Of a stretch of 64,000 bases of DNA, positions 61,671 through 64,000 are shown in pieces. Position 1 is the first letter of the stretch; every line of letters starts with the position of its first letter. The notes below the pieces were generated by a model. It had not been told where the DNA came from and made no database searches. It saw only the letters and a program-made list of their open reading frames with translations. The position numbers and the translations under genes are program-made. The stretch spans positions 130,418 to 194,417 of the forward strand of contig CAJJAC010000007.1 of NCBI GenBank assembly GCA_905181955.1. The letters run 5' to 3'. This DNA is from SAR86 cluster bacterium SAR86B. Its GTDB lineage: Bacteria; Pseudomonadota; Gammaproteobacteria; Magnimaribacterales; D2472.

Positions 61671-62619
61671 AGTCATCATTAACTTAGCAAATCCAAGAGG
61701 TTTTTGTGCTGGAGTAGATAGAGCTATTGATATAGTTAATAGAGCATTGGAAGTTTACGGAAGGCCGATATATGTAAAGCATGAAGTTGTTCATAATCGT
61801 TTTGTTGTTCAGGATCTAGAGAATAGGGGAGCTATTTTTGTTGAAGAAATAGATGAAATTCCTGATGATTCAATTGTAATTTTTAGCGCTCATGGGGTTT
61901 CAGAAAAAGTAGAAACAGAAACAAAATTGAGAGGGCTTGAATTTCATGATGCAACTTGTCCGCTTGTTACCAAAGTTCATATGGAAGTTATAAAGCATGC
62001 CAAGGCTGGAAGAGATATTATTTTAATAGGTCATGAAGGGCATCCAGAGGTTGAAGGAACGATGGGAAGACATACTGGCGGAGATATTTCTAAAATTTAT
62101 TTAGTTCAGGACGAGATGGATGCAAAGTCTTTAGAGATAGATCAGCCCGGTAGTGTAGCTCTTGTAACTCAAACAACTCTCAGTGTTGATGACACCAAAG
62201 CTATTATTAACCAATTAAAAAATAGATTTCCTGATCTGATTACTCCAAAGAATGATGATATTTGTTATGCAACTCAAAATAGACAAGATGCTGTAAAGCA
62301 GCTAGCTTTAGAGAATGAATTCATGATAGTCGTAGGATCAAAAAATAGTTCAAATTCAAATAGGTTAAAAGAACTTTCAGATAGATGCGGGTGTGAAGCG
62401 ATATTGATTGATGAGTTTAGTGATTTAGATTTAGAAAAAATTAGAAATGTTAATAAAATTGCTATTACTGCAGGAGCATCAGCCCCTGAGGATAGAGTGC
62501 AAGAAATAGCACTAGCGCTTAAAGATTTTACTGGCGGAGTGATTAATGAAATTGGGAAAGATGAAGAAAATATTATCTTCAAGATGCCGCCTGAATTAAG
62601 AAGAGAGCCAATTAAATAG
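61663..62619 (+). CDS. ispH: HMBPP reductase IspH (LytB)
   Basis: MDKVIINLANPRGFCAGVDRAI, SAHGVS, DATCPLVTKVH and QTT...CYATQNRQ. ATG at 61663 with an AGGAAG SD; it overlaps the lspA stop (ATGGATAA). Confidence 0.95.
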   Translation: MDKVIINLANPRGFCAGVDRAIDIVNRALEVYGRPIYVKHEVVHNRFVVQDLENRGAIFVEEIDEIPDDSIVIFSAHGVSEKVETETKLRGLEFHDATCPLVTKVHMEVIKHAKAGRDIILIGHEGHPEVEGTMGRHTGGDISKIYLVQDEMDAKSLEIDQPGSVALVTQTTLSVDDTKAIINQLKNRFPDLITPKNDDICYATQNRQDAVKQLALENEFMIVVGSKNSSNSNRLKELSDRCGCEAILIDEFSDLDLEKIRNVNKIAITAGASAPEDRVQEIALALKDFTGGVINEIGKDEENIIFKMPPELRREPIK

Positions 62620-62659
62620 GCTTATTTGTCAAAATTAAATTCTTATGGGATATTAAGTT

Positions 62660-63208
62660 ATGTCCTTAATAAATATAAAAGATAATCTTTTAGAGAGAGT
62701 TGCTTTTCATCCGTCTCCTAATCACGATGCTAGACCTATAGAGCAAGATATATCTTTAATAGTTATACATTCAATTAGTTTGCCTCCTGGGATATATGGA
62801 GGAAATGAAATTAAAGATTTCTTTTTAAATCAATTAGATACATCAAAGCATGAATATTTCAAATCTATAAAAGATTTAAAAGTATCATCACATATAGTTA
62901 TTAAGAGAACTGGTGAAATATTACAGTTTGTTCCTTTCAATAAAAGGGCATGGCATGCTGGAATTTCTTCTTACCTGGGGAGAGAGAACTGTAATGATTA
63001 TTCTGTTGGAATAGAGCTTGAAGGCACTGATGATAATGAATTCACCAATGAACAGTATAATTCCTTGATGAATGTAACTAGCTCTTTAATTAAAACTTAT
63101 TCCAATCTATCAAAAGATAGATTAGTAGGACATTCAGATATTGCACCAGGAAGAAAAACGGACCCTGGTTCTTTTTTTGAATGGGAAAGGTTGCTGATTA
63201 ATTTATGA
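62660..63208 (+). CDS. ampD: 1,6-anhydro-N-acetylmuramyl-L-alanine amidase AmpD
   Basis: SPNHDARP...IVIHSISLPPG...RAWHAGIS...NDYSVGIELEG...GHSDIAPGRKTDPG (amidase_2 zinc ligands). Confidence 0.88.
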   Translation: MSLINIKDNLLERVAFHPSPNHDARPIEQDISLIVIHSISLPPGIYGGNEIKDFFLNQLDTSKHEYFKSIKDLKVSSHIVIKRTGEILQFVPFNKRAWHAGISSYLGRENCNDYSVGIELEGTDDNEFTNEQYNSLMNVTSSLIKTYSNLSKDRLVGHSDIAPGRKTDPGSFFEWERLLINL

Positions 63209-64000
63209 ATTTAAAACAAATAAGTATTTGCTTTCTAGGCTTTGCATCTGGATTACCATATATGCTAGTTTTTGTAACACTTGGAACATGGCTAGCTGTA
63301 ATAAATCTAGATTTAGCAACAATAGGATTTTTTGCCTGGATCGTATTAACTTACTCATTAAAATTTTTTTGGTCCCCGCTAGTTGATAATTTTTCTGTGC
63401 CAATTTTAAATAGATATGGGGCAAGAAAGAGCTGGATTATTTTGATGCAGATTCTAATAATAATTTTTTTATTGTTAATTTCAATTACAGACCCATTAAC
63501 TAATCTAAGTTTATTTGCTCTATTTGCATTCTTTGTTGCTTTTTTTGGCTCCATCCAAGATATTGCCATTGATGCTTTTAGAATAGAACTTGCTGAAATA
63601 GATGAGCAGGGTAATTTGGCTGCAAGTTATCAATTTGGATATAGAATAGCAATCCTAGTAGCTACATCAGGAGCTCTTATACTAGCCTCAAGAACTAATT
63701 GGCCATTTGTTTATCAGTTAATGTCTCTATTTATGATTTTAGGAATTATTGGATTATCTTTAACTCCTGAAAATAAAAATACCTCGCTTAAAAAATTAGA
63801 CTTATTAGACTTTAAAGCCTCTATCCTAATTCCATTAAATGATTTTTTTAATCGATTTGGCCTCTATGCCTCGGTACTGCTTTTATCAATAATTGGGACT
63901 TATAGGCTTACTGACATAATGACTGGGCAAATAATAAATCCTTTTTATATTCAAATGGGTTACACCCTAGACGAGATAGGGTTTGTTGTTAAAACTGTAG
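63205..64000 (+). CDS. ampG: Muropeptide permease AmpG (MFS), 3' end cut by window edge
   Basis: Not in the ORF track because no stop occurs before the window end. My own translation from ATG 63205 (ATGA overlap with ampD) gives MNLKQISICFLGFASGLPYMLVFVTLGTWLAVINLDLATIGFFAWIVLTYSLKFFWSPLVDNF...GSIQDIAIDAF. This matches E. coli AmpG LGFASGLP...IDLKTIGFF...FKFLWSPLMDRY...ASQDIVFDAW. Confidence 0.82.
   Translation, partial: MNLKQISICFLGFASGLPYMLVFVTLGTWLAVINLDLATIGFFAWIVLTYSLKFFWSPLVDNFSVPILNRYGARKSWIILMQILIIIFLLLISITDPLTNLSLFALFAFFVAFFGSIQDIAIDAFRIELAEIDEQGNLAASYQFGYRIAILVATSGALILASRTNWPFVYQLMSLFMILGIIGLSLTPENKNTSLKKLDLLDFKASILIPLNDFFNRFGLYASVLLLSIIGTYRLTDIMTGQIINPFYIQMGYTLDEIGFVVKTV

Noticed and set aside
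63203-63569. Two minus-strand ORFs (63203-63424 and 63351-63569) are listed in the ORF track after ampD.
   Set aside because: The plus strand here encodes a clear AmpG N-terminus (LGFASGLP..., FFWSPLVDNF..., SIQDIAIDAF) that runs to the window end. The minus-strand ORFs are shadows of it.

Overview
This 64-kb window is a visibly AT-rich, very gene-dense chromosomal segment; I did not compute base composition exactly. The gene order is classic gammaproteobacterial core synteny. The blocks are: ftsB-ispDF-surE-pcm-(DUF368)-nlpD; recA; aspS-yebC-[X]-ybgC-tolQRAB-pal-cpoB-tRNA-Lys; dapA-bamC-purC; iscRSUA-fdx-iscX-ndk-rlmN-rodZ-ispG-hisS-yfgM-bamB-der; sdhCDAB-sucAB-lpdA-sucCD; and murJ-ribF-ileS-lspA-ispH-ampD-ampG. 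I call about 68 CDS and one tRNA. I see no rRNA, CRISPR array, transposase, integrase, prophage or recognisable defence genes. Only six genes lie on the minus strand. Many gene pairs overlap by 1-11 nt (ATGA/TAATG junctions, and convergent 3' ends that overlap), which fits a streamlined genome, probably an uncultured marine-type gammaproteobacterium (inference). I do not find a clear-cut novel multi-gene system. The best candidates for a second look are these. (1) A small Hjc-like PD-(D/E)xK nuclease ORF sits exactly where ruvC-ruvA-ruvB normally lie. (2) A three-gene block of unknown function (ExxH-motif 'metal-dependent hydrolase', DUF3604-like lipoprotein, DUF2855-like protein) lies behind a tandem TTGACA repeat and a perfect palindrome. 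(3) The isc operon lacks hscBA and has an IscR box and promoter abutting a GTG start. (4) ProRS lacks the INS editing domain. (5) The acyltransferase-pdxB pair has an N-terminal coding-like extension with no canonical start codon. All function calls come from motif recognition and synteny by eye, with no database search.
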